The translations under genes were made by a program, and so were the position numbers. Positions 8,540-18,483 of a stretch of DNA of 64,000 nt are shown piece by piece. Numbering within the stretch: the first letter of the stretch is position 1; the number at the start of each line of letters is the position of its first letter. This DNA is from a virus. Location: the IMG/VR virus record IMGVR_UViG_3300042090_002148; one strand, 5' to 3'. The notes beneath the pieces were generated by a model. It had not been told where the DNA came from, did not search any database, and was given only the letters and a program-made list of their open reading frames with translations.

Positions 8540-11500
8540 TTAGACGGTCAGGGTGAGGCGGATGTAGTTGCAGGGCAGCGGGACATCGAGGGTGATGTCC
8601 ACGTCGACCTGGTCCGGCTCGTTGGTGTCCTGGATCAGGTTGTTCAGCGTCGCGCCGATGAGCACACCCGAGTCCGAGAGGAACCCGAGAAGACCCGCGA
8701 TGACGTGCCCGAGGGAGTCGAGGAAGCCCTGGGTGATGTTGAACCGACCGATGTAGTTCTTCAGGCCGGTGCGCAGGAACTTGGCGACGAAGTCGACGAT
8801 CTTCGTGACCGAGTCCGTGCGCGTCTCGACGGATGTCATGTCCGTCGTGAGGGCCATCCGGGAGTACAGCGGGGTACCCGGGGAGTCCTGGATGATGATG
8901 TACGTGCCGCCCGCCGCCATGATGTCGAGCTGCGACTGGCTGAACGTGCCCTTCGACCCGATGACGCTGATGAAGCCCGTCATGGGGAAGTTGGTGAACG
9001 ATTGTTGCGGAGGCTGAGCTCCGATCATGCCGGCGATGGCCGCCGTCATGTAGAAGCCGTCGATGATCTGCTGGACCCCGTTGATCGTCGCCGAGCAGGA
9101 GTCCGGGAAGACCGACCAGACGCGGCGGTTCGCGTAGCCCTGGCTGGTCTGCTGGACCGTCAGCGCAATGTTGTCGTAGTCCGGCATCCCGTCGGGGAGC
9201 AGGAGCGCAGCGCCGCGGATGCGGACCGCGAAGGGCTCCGAGATGAGCGGGTCGGGCAGCGGTGTCGTCGCGTAGAAGCCGTCGTCGTTCTGACCCGGGA
9301 GGAAGCCCGAGGTCTGAATGGTGAGGACCGACCCGACGAGATTGACGATGCTGTAGTGATTGCCGTCGCCAATGTCGAGGTAGATACCTGCCGTGACCGA
9401 GTAGGGTCCGGTGCCCGTCTGCCCCGCTGCGACAAGCAGCGAGTCGAGACCGGCAATGCCAGTGTCAAACTGGTTGGTCGTCAACGTGGTGTTGCCGTCC
9501 GTGCCCGACGCGACGAGCGTGTCGATGTACGTGGTCGGTGTCTCCGCGTTGATGAGTACGATGCGCTCGCCCTTCTGGGCGGGCTCGCTCATCAGCGTGA
9601 CGTGCGTGTTGAAGACCTGGAAGACCGTGGGGTCATGGGTCAGGGGCGCGATGGCGTAGACCTCGTAGCCCTCGAGGAACTGCGCCGCGCGGGTGAACGC
9701 GTCCAGCGTGCCGAAAGGCGAGCCCTCCGTTACTGCATCGACGCCGATACCCGTGACAGCGATGCCTGGCGCGTTGAGGAGCGCGAAGTAGAGACCCAGT
9801 CCGAGCGGGTTGTCCGTCGTGATGGGGCTCAGGTTCGCTGCGAGGGTGGTCGTGTCCCCGAAGGAGAGCAGGCCGGGGTTGGTGGCCTGCGCCGTGACGT
9901 CGAGACGCAGCGCCTGGTACTGCACGTAGAGCTGCGCGCGTGCCGTGGTGACCGGGTTGCCGCGGATGTTGCGGAGGACGTTGGCCTTGATGGTCGCGTT
10001 CCCCACGTCGTCGACGGAGAGGTTCGGGATGGGACGCGTGACGCCGGTGTTGGCGTTGTTCACGTTCAGCCCGTTGGCTGTGATGTACCAGGCGTTGCCG
10101 ACGTCGCTCGAGACCGGCACCTGCGTGCTGATCTGGAGCTGGCTGTTGTTCCCTCCGGGCGCGACCTTGACGATGGTCGCGTACGGGGTGCCGTCCACCG
10201 TGATGGTGTCCCCGGGGAGGGGCTGGTAGGGGGCTCCGGTCGCTGCACTCACCGTGAGGCCGAGCGCTGTGAGCGCCGTGCCTCCGAGGACGGAGAGGAT
10301 GGACTCCGCTCCGAGCTGGGTGCTCGTGAGCACCAGGTCGCCGCCGCCGTTGGTGGTGGCAATCGTCTGACCGCCCACAGCCTCGCCGAAGAGCGCGTTG
10401 ATCTGCGCGAGGATCTTCGTGGGCGTGGTGGCGCCCATGAAGGTCAGCGTCTGCGGACCCGTGCCGTCGTCGAGCGTGAAGGTCAGACCGTCCGTGACAG
10501 CCGTGAGGCTCACGGTGCCGACGATGGACGCGGCTCCCGGAGCTGCCGTGAAGTTCGTGCCCGGGAAGTTGAGGAGGTTCGTGACAGCCGCACCGCTGCC
10601 AGCGTTGAGCGCCTGGACACCTGCGACGCCGGCGACCACACCGCCTGCCGTGAGGCCGAGGTGCGTGAGGGCCGTGCCGCCGGTGATCTGGATGGTGAAG
10701 TTCGGGCCGTACCCGACGTTCTGGAGAACGAGGAAGTGCGAGGTCACCGCCTCGTTGGCCGTTGCAAGAGAGCCGAACGAGGAAGCGAATGCCGTGAGGA
10801 TGTCCGCGATGCTGAGCGGCACCCCGAACGTCAGCGTCGCCACGGCCAGGCCGTTGAGCGAGTACATGACGGTCTCGCCGTCGAGCTCGCCGGCGACACC
10901 CGGGTTGGGGCCTGCTGTGAGGCCGAGGTGCGTGTTCGCCGTGCCTGCTCCGACCGTGATGCTGCCCGCCGCACCGGGGGTGAGGTCGGTCAGCGTGAGG
11001 ACGTTCGCAGGAGACGTGACCGCGAGGCTCGTCCACTGTGCCGCGATGGCCGCCAGGAGCGTGGCCTCGTTCAGTGCGTTGCCCGTGCCGACGAGGTTGA
11101 GCGTCGTGGCTCCGGCACCGTTCACGTTCAGGATGAGCGTCTCCCCGTCGAGGAGACCGCCGCCACCGTAGAGGCTGCCGGAGCTGATGTTCCCGCCCAC
11201 CACCTGCGCGTAGGTCGCGTAGGTGATCGTGGTGAGGTCCACGCTGCCGGTGATGGTGGCCTGCGTACCGATGCCGTTCTGGAGGAACGCCGAGGTCCGG
11301 GTGACCTCCATGAGCGCGCTTCCGAGACCCGCGCCGCCGAGGAAGAGGAAGACGCGGACGGTGTCCGGCTCAACCACGATCTCGTCGATGTTGTGGTTCG
11401 GGTCGGGGAAGCTGTCGACGTAGACCGGCGTGATGTCCTGCGTGTAGTAGACCGCGCCGGAGTAGATGCGGCCGACCGCGAAGCCGAACGCCGCGAGCAC

Positions 11501-11998
11501 GGCGGGGGCTGTGGTGGAGAGAACCTCGATGGTCTCGTACTGATCCGCAGCCACCGAGCGGATGCGCCACGCTGAAGGCACCTGCTGGCCTTCGACGCTG
11601 ATGAACTCAGTCACCTCGGCGACGTAGTTCGTGATGCCCGCCGCGCTGAACGCGAGCTGGATCTGAGCCGCGACCTGCGCCGGCGAGAGCGGGGTGCCCC
11701 CGAAGGTGACGTCGAGCTCGGGCCCGTTGCCGAGAGACAGCGCGAGGACGAGACCGCTAAGGCCAGAGTACACGGGCGGTGTTCCGACGCCGGGATCCGC
11801 GAGGAGGATGGCCTGCAGCGGGACCTGAGCTTCGGAGTTCACCACCTGCGCGCCGGCAGCGTTGGTCGTCAGAACCTCGACCTCCTGGAAGCATGCACCC
11901 ACGATGCACGGAACAAGCGTCGGCGTGATGACCGTGGGCGTGGTCGACGAGAACTGCTGAATTACTTCAACGCCCGGTTGCGGGAGTGACGCTGCCAT
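8540..11998 (-). CDS. Contractile tail sheath protein with four inserted repeat domains (1152 aa)
   Basis: N-terminal PGVEVIQ; C-terminal DFVAKFLRTGLKNYIGRFN...VDVDITLDVPLPCNYIRLTLTV is typical of sheaths. Confidence 0.9.
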   Translation of the reverse strand: MAASLPQPGVEVIQQFSSTTPTVITPTLVPCIVGACFQEVEVLTTNAAGAQVVNSEAQVPLQAILLADPGVGTPPVYSGLSGLVLALSLGNGPELDVTFGGTPLSPAQVAAQIQLAFSAAGITNYVAEVTEFISVEGQQVPSAWRIRSVAADQYETIEVLSTTAPAVLAAFGFAVGRIYSGAVYYTQDITPVYVDSFPDPNHNIDEIVVEPDTVRVFLFLGGAGLGSALMEVTRTSAFLQNGIGTQATITGSVDLTTITYATYAQVVGGNISSGSLYGGGGLLDGETLILNVNGAGATTLNLVGTGNALNEATLLAAIAAQWTSLAVTSPANVLTLTDLTPGAAGSITVGAGTANTHLGLTAGPNPGVAGELDGETVMYSLNGLAVATLTFGVPLSIADILTAFASSFGSLATANEAVTSHFLVLQNVGYGPNFTIQITGGTALTHLGLTAGGVVAGVAGVQALNAGSGAAVTNLLNFPGTNFTAAPGAASIVGTVSLTAVTDGLTFTLDDGTGPQTLTFMGATTPTKILAQINALFGEAVGGQTIATTNGGGDLVLTSTQLGAESILSVLGGTALTALGLTVSAATGAPYQPLPGDTITVDGTPYATIVKVAPGGNNSQLQISTQVPVSSDVGNAWYITANGLNVNNANTGVTRPIPNLSVDDVGNATIKANVLRNIRGNPVTTARAQLYVQYQALRLDVTAQATNPGLLSFGDTTTLAANLSPITTDNPLGLGLYFALLNAPGIAVTGIGVDAVTEGSPFGTLDAFTRAAQFLEGYEVYAIAPLTHDPTVFQVFNTHVTLMSEPAQKGERIVLINAETPTTYIDTLVASGTDGNTTLTTNQFDTGIAGLDSLLVAAGQTGTGPYSVTAGIYLDIGDGNHYSIVNLVGSVLTIQTSGFLPGQNDDGFYATTPLPDPLISEPFAVRIRGAALLLPDGMPDYDNIALTVQQTSQGYANRRVWSVFPDSCSATINGVQQIIDGFYMTAAIAGMIGAQPPQQSFTNFPMTGFISVIGSKGTFSQSQLDIMAAGGTYIIIQDSPGTPLYSRMALTTDMTSVETRTDSVTKIVDFVAKFLRTGLKNYIGRFNITQGFLDSLGHVIAGLLGFLSDSGVLIGATLNNLIQDTNEPDQVDVDITLDVPLPCNYIRLTLTV

Positions 11999-12027
11999 TA
12001 GGAGGCTCCTCTACACGTTCAGGTGGT

Positions 12028-12999
12028 TCATCGAATCCGCACGCGCTGTACCGGACTACGGCTCGATTGTTCCACACACGGAGTGGCTAAGGGAATAGGT
12101 CGCCCCCCTATGCTGGGCGACCGAACTGCTGGCGCATTCGCACGGGAAGAACGGATGTAGACAGTCTGAGACGGGTTCCGTGGGTCCGGAACAACCATCG
12201 GTTGTGGCGCAGGAAGACCGGGTCTCGGTGTGCCTCCGTACGCATCACTCGCAGCCGGAGCGAAGGCAGGAGGGAAGCGTGCGTCGAACTCGAAAGGCAG
12301 TCCGCCGTTCGGGGCCATGGCCTGTTGTTCTCCGCCGTTCGGCGCTTGTTCTCGAATCGTCGCGAGACGTTGTCTCAGCGTGAGCCGAATCCCCTGGAGA
12401 ACCCGTCGGTTGAGCGGGCTGACCTGCGACGTGCGGTAGAACTGGAAGGGACACGAGACCGGCGTCGCATACCACTCATCCGCGGAGTCTCCGCTCACGA
12501 GGGCACCGGCAGAAGACACCGCGCCGACGATGGGCTGTCGTCCGATCTCGAAGAAGCCCTCCGCCATCAGCATCTCACGATGGAGCCACAGCTGTTCTGC
12601 CGCGACCCACGCAAGGTTCGTCGCCTCCGTGGGCACACGCGAGCACACGTTGATGGTCATCGTGCCAGGCACGAGCACCGACTTCTTCTTGGTCCCGGTG
12701 CGCGCGTCGTAGTTCAACATGTCGTCGAGGCCGAGCGTGTAGAACTGCACGGGACCACGCGTGAACGACATGCCCGGCCGCGTCCCCATGGACGTGTCCT
12801 TGAGCGGGTTCTCCCCCGAGATGTAGATCTCGGTGAGGTCGTCATCCTCCGACCAGTGGTACATCCCCGGCGGCGAGTAGCTGAAGAGCCCCTGGTAAAA
12901 CGCGATGTACAGCGAGCTGACGTGCTCGAGAGGAGAGTACTTGAAGCTATCCTCGGGGAACGCTCCCGCCGCTGTGGTGCTGGGGATTCTTGCCGTCAC
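12028..12999 (-). CDS. Probable tail terminator/completion protein
   Basis: Lies between the neck genes and the sheath; assigned mainly by synteny. Confidence 0.5.
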   Translation of the reverse strand: MTARIPSTTAAGAFPEDSFKYSPLEHVSSLYIAFYQGLFSYSPPGMYHWSEDDDLTEIYISGENPLKDTSMGTRPGMSFTRGPVQFYTLGLDDMLNYDARTGTKKKSVLVPGTMTINVCSRVPTEATNLAWVAAEQLWLHREMLMAEGFFEIGRQPIVGAVSSAGALVSGDSADEWYATPVSCPFQFYRTSQVSPLNRRVLQGIRLTLRQRLATIREQAPNGGEQQAMAPNGGLPFEFDARFPPAFAPAASDAYGGTPRPGLPAPQPMVVPDPRNPSQTVYIRSSRANAPAVRSPSIGGRPIPLATPCVEQSSRSPVQRVRIR

Positions 13000-13288
13000 T
13001 GTTCGAGTCCTCCTGCGCGCTCCGGTACGCCAATGCTAGCAGAGTGCCGACCACAGGGGCTGCAGCGGCCAGGTAACCGCCGGGGATCTTCTGACCCTTG
13101 TTGAAGTGCGAGTAGATCTTGTCGGCCATCGCGCCGCCGAGCATCCCCGCTCCAGTGCCCGCGGCGAAAGCCGCAGCCGTGGGAGCAGCCTTGCGCAGGT
13201 GAACACGCCAGTCGACCGTGTCCTCCGCGGTCTTGAAGAACGCGACGGCCTCCTCGTAGTGCTGGGCGTTGAACATCGAGACGCTCAC
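12947..13288 (-). CDS. Small K-x-A/Gly-zipper membrane-like protein
   Basis: GTG start with GTGA overlap and GAGG SD; FFKTA|ED followed by two hydrophobic Gly/Ala segments. Confidence 0.65.
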   Translation of the reverse strand: MSVSMFNAQHYEEAVAFFKTAEDTVDWRVHLRKAAPTAAAFAAGTGAGMLGGAMADKIYSHFNKGQKIPGGYLAAAAPVVGTLLALAYRSAQEDSNSDGKNPQHHSGGSVPRG

Positions 13289-14184
13289 GAGTTCCTCTTC
13301 GTGGTGGGGAAGAGCTCGAACACACGGGGGAGCTTCTCCTCCATGAAGTTCTCGAGCGTAGTGGGGTTGGTGTAGTTCCTCGAGGGGCTGAGCCACAGGT
13401 CGCGCAGCGGGATGCCGAGCTCGAGGGGGATGGAGAACTCGAGGTCGCGCGGAGGAATCTCGTGGAGACCCACCTCCTGGTGAATGCCTGCGCGCCCCTT
13501 CTCCGTCTGGGTCACCGTGGTCACGCGCCAGCGACGGTTCTCTCCCTCGATGACCAGGTCACGCGGCTTGAGCGGCGGGTACCAGGGCATTCGCATCGTC
13601 GTGTTCGACTGCTGCTGCGCACCGACGTTGGTGTTCTGCTCGGACTTCGGAGACGGATCGATCTGCATCCAGCTCTCGACCGGGTGCATGTAGCCACGCA
13701 CGTAGGTCGTACCCCAGCATGTCTTGCACCCTGAGCGGTTGGCTTGCCGCGTGTTCGGGTTCCAACACGAGCAGCGCTGCCCGAAGGTGCGCACCGGAAG
13801 AACCCAGCAGCGTCGACCTGCGAACTCTCGGAAGAGAAGCACGTTGTGCCGACGGAGCTCGAGGGCGATGAGATCCGGGTCAGGATCCTTGCTGACAGGA
13901 CCGAACGTCTGACAGTCCCCGCTCGGCACGTGCTTCACGAGCAGCTGGTAGAAGTACTTCCGCCAGCGATGCCCGGTGTGGATCGTGTTGTCGATGAAGC
14001 GGTAGCTGTCAGAGAAGGGGACGTCGAGGTTGCTCCATGGACCCGAGCCAGACTCGCTGCGCTGCACCTGGATGGTGTAGTCGAGCACGTCCTCGGACGT
14101 GTCCTCGAGCTCCCACGTCACCTCGTTGAAGTCGCAGTCGAGCGACCTCACACGGATGCGACGAAACTCGAGGAGGACCGGCAT
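13285..14184 (-). CDS. Head closure/neck protein with an FN3-like N-terminus and a Cys4 site
   Basis: EVTWE...YTIQVQRS...YRFID...YFYQL (FN3-like), then CSC...CKTCWGTTYVRGY. Confidence 0.6.
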   Translation of the reverse strand: MPVLLEFRRIRVRSLDCDFNEVTWELEDTSEDVLDYTIQVQRSESGSGPWSNLDVPFSDSYRFIDNTIHTGHRWRKYFYQLLVKHVPSGDCQTFGPVSKDPDPDLIALELRRHNVLLFREFAGRRCWVLPVRTFGQRCSCWNPNTRQANRSGCKTCWGTTYVRGYMHPVESWMQIDPSPKSEQNTNVGAQQQSNTTMRMPWYPPLKPRDLVIEGENRRWRVTTVTQTEKGRAGIHQEVGLHEIPPRDLEFSIPLELGIPLRDLWLSPSRNYTNPTTLENFMEEKLPRVFELFPTTKRNS

Positions 14185-14185
14185 G

Positions 14186-14545
14186 TCAGGCTCGCGTGGC
14201 TGCGTCCGGAGAGATGCGACCTGGGGCGGGCATGTACTTGTCGAGCGCACCGCCCAAGCCCATCTTGCTGTTCTGCGGAACGCTCCATCCGAGCAGCTTC
14301 ACTGCGGCTCCAGGAGACATCGGCTGCTGACCCTTGGGCAGCCCGGCGCCGCTCACCAGGGGGTGCGAGAGGATGCGCTGCTGCGCTTCCTCTGGAAGAC
14401 GCTGGAACGCCGCATGGTCTTCGTTCGCCGAGATCATCGAGATGTTCTGGGGACGGCGCTGCGGCTGTACGGCCGACGTCACCGGGTTCGATGCGATGGG
14501 CGCACTTCCGTGGGCCGCTGGCGTGATGCCACCAGGAGAGGCCAT
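14186..14545 (-). CDS. Hypothetical protein; possibly the -1 frameshift extension of 14653..15942
   Basis: No SD; its frame is open upstream to the slippery site at 14659-14665. Confidence 0.55.
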   Translation of the reverse strand: MASPGGITPAAHGSAPIASNPVTSAVQPQRRPQNISMISANEDHAAFQRLPEEAQQRILSHPLVSGAGLPKGQQPMSPGAAVKLLGWSVPQNSKMGLGGALDKYMPAPGRISPDAATRA

Positions 14546-14624
14546 CGTCGGCGCGAACGCCGGTGCCGCTCCCTGTGTGCGAAGAGCACCAGAGAGCGGC
14601 GGTTGGTTGAGGGTGGGCGTCCGT

Positions 14625-14665
14625 GGCCCCGCAGCGAGTGCGCCGGGAGCCCCTACGCTTTTGGG
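14625..14665 (-). other. Candidate -1 ribosomal frameshift signal (C CCA AAA, 7-nt spacer, 10-bp GC hairpin)
   Basis: In-phase heptamer at 14665-14659, two codons before TAG; hairpin GGCTCC-CGGC/GCTG-C-GGGGCC at 14651-14625. Confidence 0.55.
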
Positions 14666-15942
14666 CTGGGGGTACCTCCGACGAGGCCCATCACGCGCTG
14701 CTTGATGCCGCTGGCCGAGGCTCCTGCGGCCTGCCCGAGCGTGGCCCCAGGGTTGGCAGCCATGTGGGCCTGCATCCCGCGGCCGAGGTGACCCGCACCG
14801 GCGCCGAGGGCAGCTCCACCTAGAGCTCCTCCGAAACGGTTATCCGGTCCTCCTGCGAGTGCGCCGCCGGCGGCACCGAGAGCGGCACCCGCGAGCTCGG
14901 GATGCGCCTTCGCAGCTCCCAGCGCCTTGGTGGCCATCCCACCGATGGCCTTCATGTCGATGGCAGCGATCTTCGTTTGGGTGCGCGCGAGGATGCGCCC
15001 CATGCGGTCGGCCATCGCGAGATGCTGCGCGTGCTTGGCTTCCTCGGCGTGCTTCGGCTTGCTCTTGCCTAGTTCGCCGAGCAGACCCGGTGTGCCGCCT
15101 TCCTCGTGAGACGAGGGAGTGAGCAGACCGCCTAGTGGATTCCAGGCGTTACCGCCCGCTTCGTGCTTCTTCGCGGCATACTCGTGATGACGTGCATTGA
15201 TGTCAGGCCGCTGGCCGTTCTCGTCAATGGTGCCGAAGCGCAACTTGTCAAGCAGACTGCTCTTGGCAGCGCCTCGGTGTGGCAGACCACCATAGCCCTG
15301 AGAATGCTCTGCAAGCTCCGCGTCGTGCCGTGCCATCAGGCGATATTTCTCTGCGTCGAACTTGTGCCCCTTCTCGGTGATTGCAAAGCCTGTCTTCGCA
15401 ACCCCGCCACCGAGGCCACCCGAGCTGTCCTGAACGCCCTCCGCGGGGACAGGACCAGGAGCTCCGGCACCCTGCGCGGTGTCTCCCACCGGTTCCCCCG
15501 CCGGTGCAGCGCCCGCTGCGGCAGCTCCACCCTGCTGCTTGGCCAGCTCGAGCTCGAGGAGACGCTTGCGGACGCGGAGCTTGTCCTTCGCGTCCCAGAT
15601 GGTGTCCTCGTTCTGTCGGTTCGCGCGGCTCTCCTGGCGCTTCTGGAGATCCAGCATCTCCGCTTGGAGCTCTTCCTGCTCGAGGGCGACGGCCTGGTCG
15701 AACAGGGGCGTGCCCTTGAAGCGATCGAGGAAGGTCTTCGGCTCGCCGTCCGGGCCGCACTCGCTGGCCGTCTTCGTCAGCGGCTTGCGATCGAGGTGGC
15801 CGTAGAGCTCGGAGATGGGCATCCCCGAGGCGATCTTCTCGACCTCCCAGTCAGGGAGACCATCGAGCAAACCGATGACCTCGAACGTGGCCTGCTGCCG
15901 TCCCATCTTCTCGTACGTGGCTTCGAGGAACTCTTCAAACAC
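14653..15942 (-). CDS. Putative internal head polyprotein with K-x-A-flanked cassettes
   Basis: TKTA|S, AKTG|F, PKHA|E, AKHA|Q, TKIA|A; C-terminal Gly zippers. Confidence 0.75.
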   Translation of the reverse strand: MFEEFLEATYEKMGRQQATFEVIGLLDGLPDWEVEKIASGMPISELYGHLDRKPLTKTASECGPDGEPKTFLDRFKGTPLFDQAVALEQEELQAEMLDLQKRQESRANRQNEDTIWDAKDKLRVRKRLLELELAKQQGGAAAAGAAPAGEPVGDTAQGAGAPGPVPAEGVQDSSGGLGGGVAKTGFAITEKGHKFDAEKYRLMARHDAELAEHSQGYGGLPHRGAAKSSLLDKLRFGTIDENGQRPDINARHHEYAAKKHEAGGNAWNPLGGLLTPSSHEEGGTPGLLGELGKSKPKHAEEAKHAQHLAMADRMGRILARTQTKIAAIDMKAIGGMATKALGAAKAHPELAGAALGAAGGALAGGPDNRFGGALGGAALGAGAGHLGRGMQAHMAANPGATLGQAAGASASGIKQRVMGLVGGTPSPKA

Positions 15943-15952
15943 AGCGGGCCTC

Positions 15953-17896
15953 CTACTTCTTCTTCGCAGCAGCCTGCGCTGCGCGGATGGATCGAACGTG
16001 CTCTCGGACCTTGACGATGTTGTCCTTCATCCTCGGGCCGAGGTACCCCCCAGCTGCGCCACCGACAGCAGCGCTCATGGCGGTGAACTTGCCTGGGTTC
16101 TTCTTCGCATAGTCATCCGTGGCGAGCTCGCTCTTCGCGGCCCCTAGGCGGCGTGACTCGGAGAAGCTCCGGTCCTTCTTGCCCTCGAGCTCCTTCTCGA
16201 CGGCCTTCACGTGGGAGACGTCGCGCTTCGTCTCGTAGTGCCCGGTGGCGGCACCGAGTGCGGCGCCGGCAGCGGCGCCTGGGCCATGCTTCTTCGCGGC
16301 GCCGATCGCCTTGGTCATCTTGGAGACGGCCGCGGCGAGGACCTCCTTCTGTGGGGTCTTCGCGTCGCCGGTCTGCTCCTTCTGGCCCACGTTGGTCGCG
16401 GTCTGCGCGGTGTCCATCATCGGCTTGGACATCGCGATGCCGTCTGCGTTGGGCACGGTGGCGTCTCCCTCGGGGGCAGGGGAACCAGGCGGGGTGCCTG
16501 GAGCGGGGGCCTGACCGGCAGGACCCGAGGTGGGGTTGGGGACGCTTGAGGGTGCAGCCCCGGTGCTCGCTGCGGACATGGCGGCCTGGTCCGGGCTCAT
16601 CGACGGCGGGTCGCTCGAGACCGTGTTGAGGATCTGCCCGCGGAGCTGCTGGTAGGCCATCCGCATGGCAGCAGCTCCCTGCTGCTCCTTCAGCACCTGG
16701 TCGCTCGCCATCATCGCCTTCTGGGTGGAGTCGGCGACCTGGGCCTGGATCTGCGCGAGCTCCTGCTCGTGCAGCGCCTGCGCTTGCTGAAGCTGCTGGG
16801 CCTCCTGCTGCGCAGCCTCGAGCTGCTCCTTCGCCTGGGCAAGCTGCTCCTGGTAGAACTGCACCGCGCTCGCGTCGGTGGCCTGGTTGAGCTCCTGCTG
16901 CGTGGCGAGGTACTGCTGGGTGGCCTGGTCGACTGCCGGCGTGACGGGGACGGGCTTGGCTGGAGGCTGGTCGAGTGCCTGCGCGGCCTGCTGTGGGTCG
17001 ACGGGAGAGGACGGGCCCATCCCCATGCCTGCGTTCTGGACCTCCTCGAAGGCGCGCTTCATCGCAGCCCCGAGCTTCTTCTTGGCCTTGTTGTACTCGT
17101 GTACCGCCATCCCGCCTATGATGGGAGCACCGATCGCCGCCGTACCCAGACCGGTCAGACCCTGTGCATCAGCAAACGGGTGCATGAACTTGGGCAGAGG
17201 ATTCGCAGCAGCGGTCTTCGCGTGGCGGTCCATGACCGCGCCGACCTCACGCCCCGTCTTGCCGGCGATGTGGTGGCCAACAGCTGCGCCGGCGATGGTG
17301 GCGAGGGGGTTGCCCTTCCCGTACCGGTGGGAGGCGTATCCCCCGAGCGCGGCGCCGGTGATGCTGCCCACCAGGCCTCCGCCGTGCTCGCGCTTGTGCG
17401 CCTCGGCCTTCTCCTTCTCGGCGGAGAGGGAGGCTCGCGCGCGCTCCTTGCCGATCTCCTCGGGTGTCTTGTCCGAAGCGGCAGTCTTCTGCAGTCGCTT
17501 GTTGACGTCGTGCAGAACCGTACGATCCACCAAAGCTGCCGCCATCATGGCTGCGCTTCCGATGAGTGCTCCCGGTACCGCCAGTCCCGCGGGTGCCCCT
17601 GCGAGTCCGCCCATGACGGCGCCGACACCCGCTGCACGCGGATACGCCTTATGTGCGGGCATGTCGATGCCCTTCTCCGCCTGCTTGACGGTGTTCTGCC
17701 CCATCGCCGTGCTGGGCAGGGTGATCGGAGCGGGCGCGGGCATCTGCTGCCCGTTGGCCGTCGGAGGGAGGGTCGGCGCGGCCATCCCGCCGGCGGTGGC
17801 CAGCTTGGGACGGTCGTAGCCGAGAAGCTTCACATGGAAGGCGGCTGCGTCCGCGAGGGGCAGTCCGTTGAGCAGGGCGTTCTCAAAGTCACTCAT
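15953..17896 (-). CDS. Putative internal head polyprotein (cassettes plus a Gln-rich coiled coil)
   Basis: PKLA, VKQA, QKTA, AKTA, MKRA motifs; Gln/Ala coiled coil; GAAAGAALGAATG. Confidence 0.75.
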   Translation of the reverse strand: MSDFENALLNGLPLADAAAFHVKLLGYDRPKLATAGGMAAPTLPPTANGQQMPAPAPITLPSTAMGQNTVKQAEKGIDMPAHKAYPRAAGVGAVMGGLAGAPAGLAVPGALIGSAAMMAAALVDRTVLHDVNKRLQKTAASDKTPEEIGKERARASLSAEKEKAEAHKREHGGGLVGSITGAALGGYASHRYGKGNPLATIAGAAVGHHIAGKTGREVGAVMDRHAKTAAANPLPKFMHPFADAQGLTGLGTAAIGAPIIGGMAVHEYNKAKKKLGAAMKRAFEEVQNAGMGMGPSSPVDPQQAAQALDQPPAKPVPVTPAVDQATQQYLATQQELNQATDASAVQFYQEQLAQAKEQLEAAQQEAQQLQQAQALHEQELAQIQAQVADSTQKAMMASDQVLKEQQGAAAMRMAYQQLRGQILNTVSSDPPSMSPDQAAMSAASTGAAPSSVPNPTSGPAGQAPAPGTPPGSPAPEGDATVPNADGIAMSKPMMDTAQTATNVGQKEQTGDAKTPQKEVLAAAVSKMTKAIGAAKKHGPGAAAGAALGAATGHYETKRDVSHVKAVEKELEGKKDRSFSESRRLGAAKSELATDDYAKKNPGKFTAMSAAVGGAAGGYLGPRMKDNIVKVREHVRSIRAAQAAAKKK

Positions 17897-17902
17897 CGCG
17901 CA

Positions 17903-18457
17903 CTACTCCCAGGTGTAGACGACGTTTGTTCCGTTGTTGTCGGTGTCCGACCACACCCAGCACGGAGGTGTCGGAGAGACCTCGACCGGCGAGTACAGCT
18001 TGCCCACCGAGTTGTTGTTCCCGTCGAAGCCGAGAGGGCCGTTCGCACTGTTGGCTGCGCCCATGCCGCCCTGTACCGTGACTCCGTGTGTTGGCGTCGT
18101 CTCGATGATCTGGATGAATCCCGCCGCCATGGAGACGGTAACCCCCGAGATAGCCGCCTCGATCTGCGCCTTCACGTCCTTGAGCAGGAGGTTGTACGGG
18201 TCCGGATTCGTGCCCGGAGTAACCGAGCTCCCGCTCCCCACGTTGGCCGCTACGAAGGTGACAGTGCCCGCAGGACCGGGCCCTACGAGAGTGAGCGTCG
18301 TGCCGACGAGACCAGGAAAGCCCGGGGTGTTGGGCGTGTGCGCGAACCCGCCTCCTGCGTTGGCTCCGATGCGGCCGTTGTTGCCGAAGACCGCCCCGTT
18401 CAGGAACGCGGTCAGCACGTCGATTGTCGGGAACTTGTAGACCTTGTTCTGAGCCAT
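17903..18457 (-). CDS. Virion structural protein with a divergent copy of the sheath-repeat domain
   Basis: GLVGTTLTL...TVTF...DVKAQIEAAISGVTV...FIQII...ANGPLGF. Confidence 0.6.
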   Translation of the reverse strand: MAQNKVYKFPTIDVLTAFLNGAVFGNNGRIGANAGGGFAHTPNTPGFPGLVGTTLTLVGPGPAGTVTFVAANVGSGSSVTPGTNPDPYNLLLKDVKAQIEAAISGVTVSMAAGFIQIIETTPTHGVTVQGGMGAANSANGPLGFDGNNNSVGKLYSPVEVSPTPPCWVWSDTDNNGTNVVYTWE

Positions 18458-18483
18458 GAGGGGTCTTCTTTCAGCGCGTAGCT

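Noticed and set aside
8705-11575. Long antisense or alternative-frame ORFs (e.g. 956 aa opposite the sheath; also 28941..30815, 16769..18481, 49498..51339)
   Set aside because: These are shadow ORFs caused by high GC3 in the real gene; they have Arg/Gly/Val-rich nonsense composition and no motifs.
7740-11998. Sheath, tube and spike interpreted as an eCIS, tailocin or T6SS
   Set aside because: Capsid, portal, terminase, protease and replication genes in the same window show a complete phage.
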